From NCBI RefSeq assembly GCF_964204645.1, contig NC_134034.1:12040962-12104961 (forward strand): 64,000 nt of DNA. The letters run 5' to 3'. Each line of letters begins with the position of its first letter. The stretch's first letter is position 1. The notes beneath the pieces were generated by a model. That model had not been told where the DNA came from. It was given only the letters and a program-made list of their open reading frames with translations, and searched no databases. This document shows positions 51,578 through 64,000 of the stretch, piece by piece. A program made the position numbers and the translations under genes. The DNA comes from Tubulanus polymorphus. Its lineage: Eukaryota; Animalia; Nemertea.

Positions 51578-53238
51578 CGAATTCTAACAGAGTTTCCTAA
51601 TATCATTTTAATGCTATGTTACCTTTAAAAACGATGCAGACCTATAAATTTCGATATATGATGAGATCCCACAATATAAAAGAGAGAATGTTTCCTTGAG
51701 CTCGTAGTTCATTTCTACGGTTCGACTACCGGTACATGTATATATGCTAATAGATCTCGTCCGTTGAAAACCGGTGTCATAGCATGAAATTCCTCTCCTA
51801 ATTCATGTCCCCCTCCCTTAAAATAGATCTCAGGATTAAGGGTTAGGGTTGGGGTCAGCTGCCCCATTATAAGCCGTTTATTTATCTATAGTCGGGCCAA
51901 ACGTGGCACGGACCCATTTGGCACCCGTGTGAACAGTTGTACCGGGCCAAAATTGGCACGGGCCAAATTTTTCCCCGGCCAAAAACGCTATTGTGAACGC
52001 GGCTATGAGCTATATGACTAATCTGTCATCATCTAATGCTGGGGCACCTGACCTCCGGGGACCCGATTCTTTGACACCTTGTATTATTATATTGTGGGGA
52101 TACATCGTTACAACACAGATTCGCAGTGTTTCTTAAAGATCAAGTTATATTTTCAATTCCCTGAAATAATTCAACAAGCAAGTATCGCGAAGATATCTAG
52201 CGATTCGAGTTCGAAGGAGGTATTTCAAATTCCACGTATTTCTAAATATAACAACATTATTTATAAAATAAACAAACAAAAAATGATTAAAACCCGTACG
52301 CGAAAATTACATTTTAAAATTTCTTAGTATATATTCTAACGCTGATTTATAATGAACATACGTAAGCATGTCCGTTTTAATAGGCGCATGCGCATTAACC
52401 GTACTATTCTACGAAGATTGTCATCCATTCTTGAGGTGGTGATTTTTCAAATATAATCTAAATTTGAAGCTTTTTGTGCGCAATTTACAAGAAGATGGTG
52501 ATGATATTCCGCAGCAATGCGTACATTATACCAAAAGCTGTTTTTGCTCAAAGCTGCCACAATACAGGTCTCTACGACAAACGGCTTCTTGGCCAGTTGA
52601 AGAAATACCTTGAAGACAAACTAAGACACTTAAGTGACATTTTGACCAAAGTCGGAGCCATTTCCGAAACTTATAGTTACAATTTTGAAAATTGCTCACA
52701 GATGCTAGCCGACAAGTCACTACTCTCTTAGTTTTTCATCATATTCAGTACACTTATAACCGGTCACTTGAGTTCGTAGCATTTCAATTCGTCTCCATAT
52801 TCACCACTTAAACGCTTCTATCGTTCTAGCACATACAGTTTGCACTCACTATGATTGTACACCCAAAACCGGACAATAAATATTTCAGCATTCACCTCAG
52901 CTTCGTAATGAACCATAGAACCACAGACCCATAGAACCATGTCAATAAAACGTTAATGAAACGAAAATGAAATTCGGTAGCGTTTATGTCCGTTTTTCGT
53001 TTGTCTCTTTTCGAACTACTGGCCAAATCCCTGCGATCAGTCGATATTTAAAGTTCAGTATAGTTTAGAATCCACCTCGGCGCAAATTCTAAATTCAAAG
53101 TAAATGTTTCGATCGAACGAGAAAAGTTTCTCCTCCGAATTTGAATAGAATTCTCGCTATAATCGGTCAGTCCTCCGGGGGATGTTGCGTCGGCGTGGTG
53201 TAGTTAACGTTTTGACCTCAAGGTGGCAGTGTATCATG

Positions 53239-53364
53239 TCATTCCTCCCGACACGAACAGTCGGACACGATGAAGTTCTCCAACACGAAGACGCTCAGAA
53301 CGGAGTTGTTGTACAACAGCACCGGCAGCGATTGCATTCTATGCGGCGAACAACAAGACGAATA
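53239..53364 (-). CDS. TGF-beta superfamily ligand, last exon (YSSCCSPHRMQSLPVLLY...IVSDCSCREE*)
   Basis: tttcag acceptor; CC-x-P and C-x-C cystine-knot motifs; TGA at 53241-53239. Confidence 0.92.
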   Translation of the reverse strand, partial: YSSCCSPHRMQSLPVLLYNNSVLSVFVLENFIVSDCSCREE

Positions 53365-53504
53365 CTGAAATTTACATAAATTATAATATATTCAAATTAA
53401 TCGATTATACGCACAGCGATTGGTCGGTCCAGAGAACTGGAACGCTAGCTCCTAAAAAATCCGCTAGGCACTGTTAATAATAACGTGTTTGGCAGAGCCT
53501 CTTC

Positions 53505-53823
53505 CAGGCCCGTAGGCAGAGGGGGTTACTGTGGTTACCGGTAATTTGCATTTGGCTGATAGTGCCCGTTTTCTGAGATGTACTTATGATGATTTAAACC
53601 ACTTTACTTTTTTTTTTACCTAGGACACACTTTCCACGAAAGGGCACTTTCACATAGACACAGGGCACCTCTTTCATAAAAAGAGCATATTAGAGGGCAC
53701 CTTTTCCACAAAAAGGGCACTTTCATTGACGTTAAAGGACAGTTTCCATGCATAAGATGGAACCAGAAAGCGCCCTTTTATATCAAAATAACCCCCACTC
53801 TCTAAATCCCGCCTATGGGCCTG
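53505..53823. mobile_element. MITE in the last intron of the TGF-beta gene
   Basis: TIRs caggcccgtaggc ... gcctatgggcctg flanked by direct repeat tcttc. Confidence 0.7.
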
Positions 53824-53925
53824 TCTTCAGCGTTAGAGCGATAGACAATATATTTTCGATTTAGGAAGAGAACATTCAATCTGTTTAATTAACGCCGCTA
53901 ACAAAAAGATCTACTCATATTATAC

Positions 53926-54050
53926 CTGTTGTATGGTGTTGTAATTATGCGGCGAATCGTCTAATTTCCATCCGATTTTCGGACACGATCCCGTACAGAA
54001 TCCGGTCTGAAATCCAGCAGGCGCCACGATCCAATCATCCCATTCTAAAT
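53926..54050 (-). CDS. TGF-beta ligand exon (DLEWDDWIVAPAGFQTGFCTGSCP...TIQQ)
   Basis: W-x-x-W-I-x-A-P and C-x-G-x-C motifs; gtgtag/gtataa boundaries. Confidence 0.93.
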
Positions 54051-54400
54051 CTACACGTCATCGATGAGAAATATACAACACAATTACATTCATAATTACC
54101 GCAATTCTGATGCAACGCACACTATGATGTCTTACTTTGTGTATTGTTATTCCAGAGAACATAGAAATGTGAAAGGCGATATAGCCTTAAACCAAAATAT
54201 ATTCATAAATAGATTTAAAACCCACTATATACAGAATTTAAAAAAATCAAAAACGAATTTTATTCATGTATCAAAAATTAAAATCAAAAGACACCTGGCG
54301 ATGGATTCTAGAGTCCGAAACGTCGATTTTAATTTTCAATTTTTTTTTAATGCTTGTATCTTTCGTCAATGTCAATTTTAAAAATAATCTATATCTTTAC

Positions 54401-54577
54401 CTGAAAATGTGATGTAAATTGGTCTCAACACGCAGGGTCGTCGTTTCAGTCTAGAGGACACTCCTCGCTTTGAACGCTGCTGTCGCTCAGTGACCGTTGA
54501 CTGCGCAGCCGCAGTGAAAACCTCCAAATGCGGTATCATAGCCATATTAACGTCTGACGTCACGTTAGAACCAACAT
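54401..54577 (-). CDS. TGF-beta ligand exon with furin site (…IPHLEVF…RSKR|GVSSRLKRRPCVLRPIYITFS)
   Basis: RSKR at 54476-54465 followed by the first knot Cys; ttcag/gtaaag boundaries, phase 1-1. Confidence 0.9.
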
Positions 54578-55589
54578 CTGAAGTAAATGAAATAGATGTA
54601 AGCGTCTAAGCCGTATAGTTTATTCCTGGTGAGGAGCCGGGCAGAGTGTCTGAGGTCTTCCAGCTAGTGCCAGACTTGCCATTTAATCAGGGGCCATTGT
54701 AAGGTTGTGGCTTTGAGTCCAAATGTGCTCTTTTGATAGAACCAAAAATAATGAGTTTAGACTGGTCTTAAGGTGTTAGATAGGCTATAGACCTAAAATC
54801 AGCTTAGACTGGTCTCAAGTTGTTAGATTGGTTATAGAACCAAAATGAGCTTAGACTGGTCCTGATATGTTAAATTGGTTATAGAACCAAAATGAGTTTA
54901 GACTGGTCTTAAGTTGTTAGATTGGTTTTAGAACCAAAATGAGTTTAGACTGATCTTAAGTTGTTAGATTGGTTATAGAACCAAAATGAGTTTAGACTCG
55001 TCTTAAGCTCTTAGATTGGTTATAGAACCAAAATGAGTTTAGACTGGTCTTAAGGTGTACGATTGTCTATAGAACATAGAACCAAGTTTTGGTTAGACAG
55101 ATCCTGAAATCTAAGAAACATATGCCTGTGCAACCAGCCTTAAAATATCTACAAACCTCGATGGTCTGTCTTGTAAATCACTTATATTCCATTTAAAAGT
55201 GAATATGGCGTAGTCCAGTAGCAATACATCTCTAGGGCAGGTTTTAATCCCCCTCCAAAATTTCCAATTGCCAATTCATTCATTATTATGAACTCAGCTG
55301 GAAATTCAACGTTCAGACCACTACATAGATATGTAAGGCGCCACTGTGGGTGGCCCGTACACCGAAGATATTTCCCCTTTTTATAAGTTAAAGTTTTGAT
55401 AATATAGAATTCTACCTGAATGTATATAACGCGTTTTGTATGATATATCAACACGTTGATATTGTAACAGGTAAACGCGTTGTTTATATAAAAATCATTA
55501 CACTTCGGTAAAAACGCTAAATTCCTCGCGCTTGTCGAGCTTTTCGTAAAGCAGCGCTAAACATTAGTTCGACTGGCGTTCAAAAAATG

Positions 55590-56010
55590 TGTTTTAAGAA
55601 CTTCATCTGAGACATTTTGAAAATGAACCACAAACACCTAACATTAGACATTTCATCAGCACACATTAAAAAACTGATCGTCCTCACTTCACATGTGTTC
55701 AGTGCTTCATCTGAGACATTTTTAATTGAAAATGAATTACAAACACCAGACATTAGACATTTTATCAGCAAGCTTTCAAAAACTGATCGTCCACACTTCA
55801 CATGTGTTCAGTGCTTCATCTGAGACATTTTTAATTGAAAATGAATTACAAACACCAGACATTAGACATTTTATCAGCAAGCTTTCAAAAACTGATCGTC
55901 CACACTTCACATGTGTTCAGTGCTTCACCTGAGACATTTTTAATTGCAGATGAACTACAAACATCAGATATCAGACATTTTATCAGCAAGCTTTCAAAAA
56001 CTGATCGTCA
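55590..56010. repeat. 109-bp tandem repeat, ~4 copies
   Basis: aaactgatcgtccacacttcacatgtgttcagtgcttcatctgagacatt... repeated; inverted relatives at 59320-59600. Confidence 0.88.
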
Positions 56011-56079
56011 ACACTCCATCACACGCGAATGTCTGAGAAGTGGTTCGAAGCCAGTAAGTTGATATAGTCCTATATATAC

Positions 56080-56304
56080 CTGTATTAATAGGCCTCTTTT
56101 CGCTGGTACAATTAATCTGTTTGAAGTATCTATGCGGGTTGATGCCGTTATCGTGGCCATCTTGAATTCGTATTTCCAGGCCGTGGTTTCTCTTTGGGAA
56201 ACGTATCCAATCTTTGACGACCGATTTCAGATCGATTACGATCCAACCTTCGTAGTCGCGTTTCGTTGTGATTTGACGCACTTTTTCTCGTTGTCTGCGA
56301 CGAG
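56080..56304 (-). CDS. TGF-beta prodomain exon (…EGWIVIDLKSVVKDWIRFPKRNHGLEI…)
   Basis: GW..(F)D....V..W.....N.GL.I prodomain motif; ttacag/gtatat boundaries. Confidence 0.9.
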
Positions 56305-56792
56305 CTGTAAAACGAACAAGACTTCGATCAAAGCATCATTTTAAATATGTCCTCGGGCTATTTGGGACGATAAGCGCCTCGAAAATGTATCCCAACGGGC
56401 CCAGGTTTCCCAAAAATGGTTACGTCCTAAACCGATTTAAGATAAACTGAATGAATGAAGAATTTGATTCGATTTCAGAGTTAAACCGTTTTGTGAAACT
56501 GAACTCAGGATCACAAGGCCCAGTCCTTCAGTCCAAAAGTGGTTTTAAATCTTCAGACTGATCTAGAGTTGTTAGATTGGTTATAGAACCAAAATAAGCA
56601 TAGACTGGTCTTAAATTGTAAAATTGGCCACAGAACCAATCAGATGAGCTTAGAACTGGTCCTAAGTTGTTAGATTGATTATAGAACCAAAATCAGCTTA
56701 GAATGATCTTATATTGTTAGATTGATTATAGTGAATATAATAATGAACTTTGACTATGCAACAGATCCCAAGATACACCGTTGTCAGCTGAC

Positions 56793-56891
56793 CTCTTCTC
56801 TTTCGTTTGATTGGTCGGTTGTATTTGTAAACGCTGATAAAAATGTCATTCGCGTATCGTCTGCTGCGCTGGTTACCTTGACAACCACAAT
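56793..56891 (-). CDS. TGF-beta prodomain exon (CGCQGNQRSRRYANDIFISVYKYNRPIKRKRR)
   Basis: 99 nt, phase 1-1, atag/gtcagc boundaries; I-S-V-Y beta strand typical after LRLY. Confidence 0.75.
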
Positions 56892-57485
56892 CTATCGGAT
56901 TAAATAAAGAACATGAAATTAAGAACATTGAATTTAATTGAATTGTTAAAATGAAATCGGGCCGTGGTTAATATATTCATCGGTAATCATAGACAAGTTT
57001 TCTGTCTGATGTCAGTAAGATGAAAAACTAGGAGAGAATCTGATGTTCCGATTCTAATCTATATGAGCCATTTTCAAAATCCCATTTTGATCCATTTTCA
57101 GCAATTTTCAAAGAGGTTCATAGATTTGACTCAACTCGTCAGGTATTCTCCTAGGTTTTTCATCTTAGTGGGTTTTTCACTTTTACTTCTCAATTATCTG
57201 GGAGTACCCGTGTTAGTTACCTTATCGTCGGTGGTAAACTTTCATAATCGGATGGGCTTTGTGAAAATATATGATCGTGAAACTAAACCACAGACAGGTT
57301 ACTGACTTGGACTAGCCGAATATTTCGAATATAATCCTCATTTTGTTTTTTTTTTTCATTAACGGTTATTTCTTCATCAATATCAGACAGTCGCTTGTCT
57401 GGAAACCGATGATTGTTCTCTTTCGATGCCATCAGGTTCGAATCCCAGAACCGAAGAAGGATGATAAAAACAAATGCACACAAAC

Positions 57486-57626
57486 CTGATTGATTTGATT
57501 TGTAAAGTCGTAGACTGGCGCTGGTCACTGTTTTATAGATCGTTTTATCGGCAGGAACATCAAAATACATCAAATACATTGATTTATCGGACCACACAGC
57601 TTCATTAGCTTTATCCCGGTCATCAC
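57486..57626 (-). CDS. TGF-beta prodomain exon (…LMYFDVP…VTSASLRLYK…)
   Basis: F-D and A-x-L-R-L-Y prodomain motifs; ttgtag/gtttgt boundaries. Confidence 0.87.
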
Positions 57627-57669
57627 CTACAAATACAAATCCACCAAACAACGAATTAGATTTAAACTT

Positions 57670-58112
57670 CACCAGTTCCACAGTTGTGTGGGTTTAATTT
57701 GAATCTGCATCCAGTTTCACAGTTGTGTGGGTTTAATTTGACTGTGGACCCAGTTCCACAGTTGTGTGGGTTTAATTTGAATCTGCATCCAGCTCCACAG
57801 TTGTGTGGGTCTAATTTGACTGTGGAACCAGTTCCACAGTTGTGTGGGTTTAATTTGAATCTGCATCCAGCTCCACAGTTGTGTGGGTCTAATTTGACCG
57901 TGGAACCAGTTTCACAGTTGTGTGGGTTTAATTTGACTGTGGACCCAGTTCCACAGTTGTGTGGGTTTAATTTGAATCTGCATCCAGTTCCACAGTTGTG
58001 TGGGTCTAATTTGACTGTGGACCCAGTTCCACAGTTGTGTGGGTTTAATTTGAATCTGCATCCAGCTCCACAGTTGTGTGGGTTTAATTTGAATCTGAAT
58101 CCAGTTCCACAG
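57670..58112. repeat. 39-bp minisatellite (ccagttccacagttgtgtgggtttaatttg...)
   Basis: ~11 copies; same family at 61370-61806. Confidence 0.93.
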
Positions 58113-58178
58113 CAGTGTAAGGATTCAATAGGTTTCATTTCAGACCAGTTCAACAGAGGCAGTAAAATCATCACTTAC

Positions 58179-58426
58179 ACGACGCCATATAAACTAGTAA
58201 CCGTTTCGCTGAGTGAGAATGGTCTGATCTGGAATCGATCTCGCGAGATCTCGCGCGATCGTCTGCTTCGCTCTCCGCGGTAGTCAGATTGTAAAGTTGC
58301 AGAAATCGTTGTTTCTCCTCAGCCGGTATTTGTTGCAGCGATCTGCGATTGATGCTGGGTGCTCTAGCAAGTCCTAACTGCTGCAGAAAAGCGGCTCTTA
58401 TTTGCATCAGACGCGACTGGCGATCC
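58179..58426 (-). CDS. TGF-beta prodomain exon (DRQSRLMQIRAAFLQQLGLARAP…YMAS)
   Basis: Alpha-1 straitjacket motif R...I+..(F/I)L..LGL...P; ttgcag/gtaagt boundaries. Needs an upstream phase-2 exon with a signal peptide, which was not identified. Confidence 0.85.
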
Positions 58427-59319
58427 CTGCAAAATATATCGAATCTTACATCTTATATAAGCCATCGTAATATTGGCCGTCAATATGGCCGTCAAATGTG
58501 TCCAGGGCGAGGTCCAAATACGACGCGCTTTGGCACGTGTCTATATACACGGTCTAAACAAAGTAAGAATTATTTTTCAAAGGAAACTTTTTTCATTTTC
58601 TCGGAACTTTCATCGACTCAATCCCTCTCTGACTCTTCACTACCCTTTGGCTTTCCCTCCAACTACTTTAACGGCCATACTCTTCCCGCTTTTAAGCTCC
58701 CACTTCCGCCCACTCTTCCCGACAGCGTTCGGTTTCATTCTTCTTTTAACTATTATCGTGTTTATGATGGAAACTGTTTTCGATTATCAGCGGGATTAGT
58801 AAAAAAACAACACTCTCCCCGGACACAATTAGCCGCATTAAATGCAGCGCAAAAACTCATTGCAAGATGAAAGGTTTTCCGTAAGTACGCGGGGGTGGTG
58901 TACTTCATTCGCAGCCGAAAAACTAGTTAGTTTTAAACAATATTAAGCGGAACTAGACTCTCGGTTCGCAGAGCGGCGGCGGTCGTGTCCGATGACCTTG
59001 TCCGTCTGCGGTCGTCTGCTTTTAGACTCTTTACTTCCGCTACAGCTCACCCTCACGTGGTATTATAGACTAATAGACCCGCCGTGGTAAAATCGGATGC
59101 CAGCGAAATGTACACAAACACCTTTTTCATCTCTACGAAATACGGGAGGATTACTCCCCACGTCGATACAGGTCAACTCGGATATAGGAAAACTCATCCG
59201 ATCCGATCCAGATTTTGATAAAATCTTTTTTCTCTGAACCAAATTCCACAGTTCTGCGTTACCTCCAGTGATGAGCATACTGCGTTAGCTGATGACTACG
59301 AAGAGTTATCATTAAAATG

Positions 59320-59600
59320 AAATGTCTAATGTCTGGCGTTTGTAGTTAATTTTCCAATCAAAAATGTCTTAGGTGAAGTACTGAACACACGTGAAGTGTG
59401 TGCACGATCAGTTTTGAAAAGCTGATAAACCGTCTAATTTCTGGTGTTTGTAGTTCATTTTCAATTAAGAATGCCTCAGGTGATGTACTGAACACATGTG
59501 AAGTGTGGACAATCAGTTCTTAAAAGCTGATAAAATGTCTAATGTCTGATGTCTAATGTCTGATGTTAGCAGTTCATTTTCAAATAAGAATGTCTCAGGT
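59320..59600. repeat. Inverted, more diverged copies of the 109-bp repeat
   Basis: aatgtctaatgtctgg..tttgtagtt..ttttc..ctgaacaca.gtgaagtgtg..cgatcagtttt is the reverse complement of the 55590-56010 unit. Confidence 0.8.
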
Positions 59601-61258
59601 GAAACCTAGTCAACCAGTTTTTAAGCGAACCCATTTCGAAAAGAACACGTATTTTTTTTTTATTCCATGATTTTCTGCGTTTCTGAATTATTTTTTCCGA
59701 CGCATTTCCATTTCTATTTTCCACCTTATTGCGGCCCGGATGATTATCGATTACAATCAAAATAATAAACAGCCGGGATGCAACGCGTATTGCTCCAATT
59801 CCTGCTCGTTTTCCCGGAATACTGAAACGGAATCGGCCCAGCCGCCATTTTGTTATGAACTACATCTATACTTCCGATGATCTAGATCACTGTGACGTCA
59901 TAATATCGAACGGGATAACAACCCGTCGCGGATGAACACAATTTTCGTCTTCTCTCGGCTTGTACTGGTGCGGCCGTATAATAACAAGTCTAGTCAATAT
60001 TTGAGGGTTTTGAACTAGTACATTTTTTCGCGCAGAAAACATTCACACGAACGTGACGTATTCATACGGATCTGAAAAACGTCCGGTTTAGAATTTGCAA
60101 ATAACTTTTCAAGGAGAATGACTTCTCTAGACAGGCTTTCACGAACGCGGTTTCCAGACAGTGATATCCAGGCGAGAAATTTTGCAAAAGCTTTTTCTCG
60201 CTCGGGTTCAATTTACGGTGTGTTTTCTGCTGACATTGTCGAGGCTTTCAATGCCCTTGTCAGCAGGTTTTTGTTGTTCATAGTGTGGAAAAAAGTCCAA
60301 AAGATCCGAAAATGAGTCCGATTGTGGCGTCACTTTCCACGGTTACTTGTATTGCTAATTCCGAGAATATTAACACGATGAAGGAATTAGGGAATTTAAC
60401 CGAAAATAGAAGAGCATATGCTTACTCGCGTCGTTACCGAAAAAAGGAAAATCTTGATTGGTTCAGTATTGAGCTGCGGGGTATGTGGCCTAAAAGGGAT
60501 CGAAATATCTTTTGACATTCACATGTTCGACAGTGATGTCAATTTTTTTTTTCAGTTTAATTTGTTTTCCATGGTGTCAAGTTCAAGTGGTAAACACAAG
60601 AATGAACACGTTTTTCACTCTCTTAACCGACAAAGACTGTAGAGTTCGAACCGTCGCGTAATGTCTAGCGTTTGAAGAGTATATCGGCGAACTTTTCGTC
60701 CTCGGATCTCGGAGCGAGCGGCGTAGACGGTCGTACGAGCAAGAGACGGGCGAGCGACGCTCATCGACCCAGTTTCGGAAAGCAATACGTCTGCGAAGAA
60801 GATTTGTGTGTGTGTGTGTGTGTAATAGACCTAAAAATCGAAGACGAACTCAAAGCGGCGACGCAGGCGAGAGAGAGAAGAGAAGGATTGATTCGATACG
60901 GTTGGCGTCGTCTGTGCTGGTACTCCGGGTAGTTTCCTTCCAATTATCAACGGTCTACTGGATTAATGCTGTGTATATTATCAATAATGGTCGCGGCGCA
61001 GCAGAGACTCAGACTGCAGCAGCTCATCGCCGTCAAATACCCTCTCATAATACATTTACTTATATATACATCGAGGGACTTCCTGATTTTTCCGCCACTT
61101 AAAAAACGTCTGGTTTCAACCGCGGCTGGTCGTCAACAATGTCGCATCGCACTGAGGGTGTTTACACGCGTGGACGAGACGAGGTCTGCTGCACTCTGGA
61201 CCTGTTCCATGTCACGTATCCAGAATGTGCACTTGTTAAAAATATTATTAAATATATA

Positions 61259-61306
<48 letters not shown>

Positions 61307-61369
61307 TATTATTATTATTTAATTATTTGACTCGGAACCCAATCCGACCGTTTTGTAAATATCAATTTG

Positions 61370-61806
61370 ACTCTGAATCCAGTTCCACAGTTGTGTAGGT
61401 TTAATTTGACTCTGAATCCAGTTCCACAGTTGTGTAGGTTGAATTTGACTCTGGATCCAATTCCACAGTGTTGTGAGGGTTTAATTTGACTCTGGATCCA
61501 GTTCCACAGTTGTGTAGGTTTAATTTGACCCAGGATCCAGTTCAACAATTGTGTAGGTTTAATTTGACTCTGAATCCAGTTCCACAGTTGTGTAGGTTGA
61601 ATTTGACTCTAGAACCAGTTCCACAGTTGTGTGGGTTTAATTTGACTCTGGATCCAGTTCCACAGTTGTGAGGGTTTAATTTGACTCTGGATCCAGTTCC
61701 ACAGTTGTGTAGGTTTAATTTGACCCAGGATCCAGTTCAACAATTGTGTAGGTTTAATTTGACTCTGGATCCCAGTTCTCGAGATTGACATCGGATCCAG
61801 TTCCAC
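61370..61806. repeat. 39-bp minisatellite, second array
   Basis: tttaatttgactctggatccagttccacagttgtgtagg repeated ~11 times. Confidence 0.92.
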
Positions 61807-63765
61807 ACGGCATTAATGCAAAGCATGTATAGGTCACAACGTCTAAACATAAACGCCATCTAGCGGCGATTACATGACCTTCTAAATCAATTAGCGCAAG
61901 ATTTGCGAAGTGCAATTTCGTCGTCAATAGTTGTGGGACGAGTGGGTGGGTATAAACCGTGTCGTTAAAACGTCGCTATTCAGGTGCTACTTGTCACATT
62001 GGCGACATAAAAATCTCATTATCCGCGGGCTAAATCTGGCAATACGTCAAGCTTAATCGCCGTCTCAATCATTGAAACAAACCACGCGCCCGCATCCCCT
62101 GATGACTTTGATTTAATCTATACCTCCTGACGACGGAGGTGAATAAAGTACATTGAACTATTTCATTTTCGATTAAACCGGCTCACCCCGTCTTCGCCTG
62201 CCAGGGTCTGCCGCTGGTCTGCCGTGGAAGTTCACGCCAATAAGAAAGTCGCGAGGAACGGGTCTGTCTAAAGAGAACATACCTCTAACCGCCCTTTGAT
62301 TTTTTCGTTTCGGGTGAAATATAAAACCCAGTCCGGGTTTTAGCTGATATCGAAGATTTCTGATTTCGAGCCCCAAAATGTACAATTGACAACTACATTA
62401 TTTTAACCGAAGCCAGGACGGATGGATAGTGGGCCTAGGCCACGCATCCAAACCATAATTACTGGGCAGTTCTATTACACCCTCCATTTAAACCACTGCT
62501 ATATCATGATATCATTCCAAAAGTTTCAATGAAATTTCAATTCTTCAACTGAGGAGAGGGATATAATAGATAATAAATTTTGAACTGTAGTTTTTAATCT
62601 TTAAATTGAAATCTTACTGTAAAAACCAGAAATGTGAAAAAAAATTTATAAAATCTTAGTCACATATTTTATTCATACAAAAACAGATCTCGACAATTGA
62701 TCATTCCGTACCTTGTATATGTTTTGAAATACAATGTATTTTCATTTGAAGTGGTTAATGAAATAAGTGGTTAAGATACGTCATTTGTTTTTTTAGATAA
62801 TCTCCCATTCTCTGAGTTGTTTAGTCGATAATGAATGCACTGAGAACCTTAGTGTCAGTGGTGCATCGCAAGACACACACGAACTTCAGTACACACAGTA
62901 TATGACGGAGCGCAACGCTCAGGACTGGGTGAAGTCCTGAAATGAATCATTCAGGCTGCATCTAAAACACTAAAATCAAAATCGGAACGAAAGAACCAAA
63001 GGGTGGTTAGAGGTATATATAGAAAGACCCGCGAGGAACGAGACAAACAGACACTGGCACGTGGGGATGGGGTGAAATGTACTTTATCAGCGGAATGTTT
63101 TGTATTTCCTACACGTCAGGCTGTCAAGGATTAATAGCCGAAATAGTCTTTACGGCTATTAGATCCGCGCTTCTCAGAGGCTGTAGAGAATCAGTTTACA
63201 AGATCCCTTTGTCGAGAGAACAAAAATCAACGACCCGCACCGGGATTCGAACCCACTTGCAAGTTCTTTGATCCTGGACAAAAGGACAGGCGAACTGTTT
63301 AGATTGGCCTTGTGACTCTAAAACGAATTCGTTTTAGAGTCCATCGGACAATCCACTAAACTGACCGATGGAAACCGAGAACTTAAACAGAACTGATCCA
63401 AAATTTGTTCCCATATCCCATATTGTAAAACTGTTTCGGAATTATCTTTCTTATAAGTTTCGGATACTTTCAGTTCTAGACTATTCCGAATTCCGGATAG
63501 GACAAGTCATAAAAGCGCGCAGAGCATTAGTTTCTTTGCGGTAATTCCTAACCGTTTTTTTTTAAATATCCCGACAGCTCGGATTACGATATCAACCATG
63601 TTTACCGCCCAGCTCTGGTGCAGTCTACACAAATAAACTTATATACGTTTATTTTCTTTACCTTTTTTTGATTAGCATTTGCACCAATTAACTGGTTAAC
63701 ACGTGTATTTAACCTAAAACATGAACCGCCGTCTGTCGCGCCTGGATAAGAGTTCAAAATCCGAC

Positions 63766-63817
63766 ATTATTATTATTATTATTTTTATTAATATCATTAT
63801 TATTATTATTATTATTA

Positions 63818-63903
<86 letters not shown>

Positions 63904-63955
63904 AATATTATTATCATCATTTTTATTATCATTATTCTTATTATCATCATCATCA

Positions 63956-64000
<45 letters not shown>
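63766..64000. repeat. (ATT)n microsatellite
   Basis: Directly visible; source of the poly-Ile ORF. Confidence 0.97.

Noticed and set aside
58427-61100. First coding (signal-peptide) exon of the TGF-beta gene; TATA-like sites near 59066 and 61065 and a donor at 60425
   Set aside because: No ATG-initiated hydrophobic ORF ending in a phase-2 donor was found; left unassigned
63001-63030. Resemblance of GGTTAGAGG…AGACCC to the flavivirus 3' UTR CS2 motif
   Set aside because: Short, interrupted match with no viral coding sequence nearby
63232-63290. Minus-strand B box GGTTCGAATCCC
   Set aside because: No convincing A box or cloverleaf; at most a SINE fragment

Overview
AT-rich animal (invertebrate-like) genomic DNA with spliceosomal introns. 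Two convergent protein-coding genes can be assembled by hand. (1) A 7-exon DRAK/STK17-family Ser/Thr kinase on + (CDS 11914-33812, 362 aa) with DFS in place of DFG. (2) A divergent TGF-beta-superfamily ligand on - (at least 7 coding exons, 58426-53239; the signal-peptide exon was not located). The rest is rich in minisatellites, MITEs, LINE and Penelope-like remnants and microsatellites. Two structures stand out. First, a 69-bp x13 tandem array in kinase intron 3, in which each unit has the sequence layout of a minimal type I hammerhead ribozyme on the pre-mRNA sense strand. Second, an ~11-kb imperfect palindrome of ~1.43-kb units between the two 3' ends. It carries ~27 CTCF-like motifs (left arm all reverse, right arm all forward), tRNA-like Pol III A/B boxes and duplicated poly(A)-signal cassettes, i.e. 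a candidate repeat-built insulator/terminator. All coordinates were read by eye, so repeat boundaries are approximate and functional claims are hypotheses.
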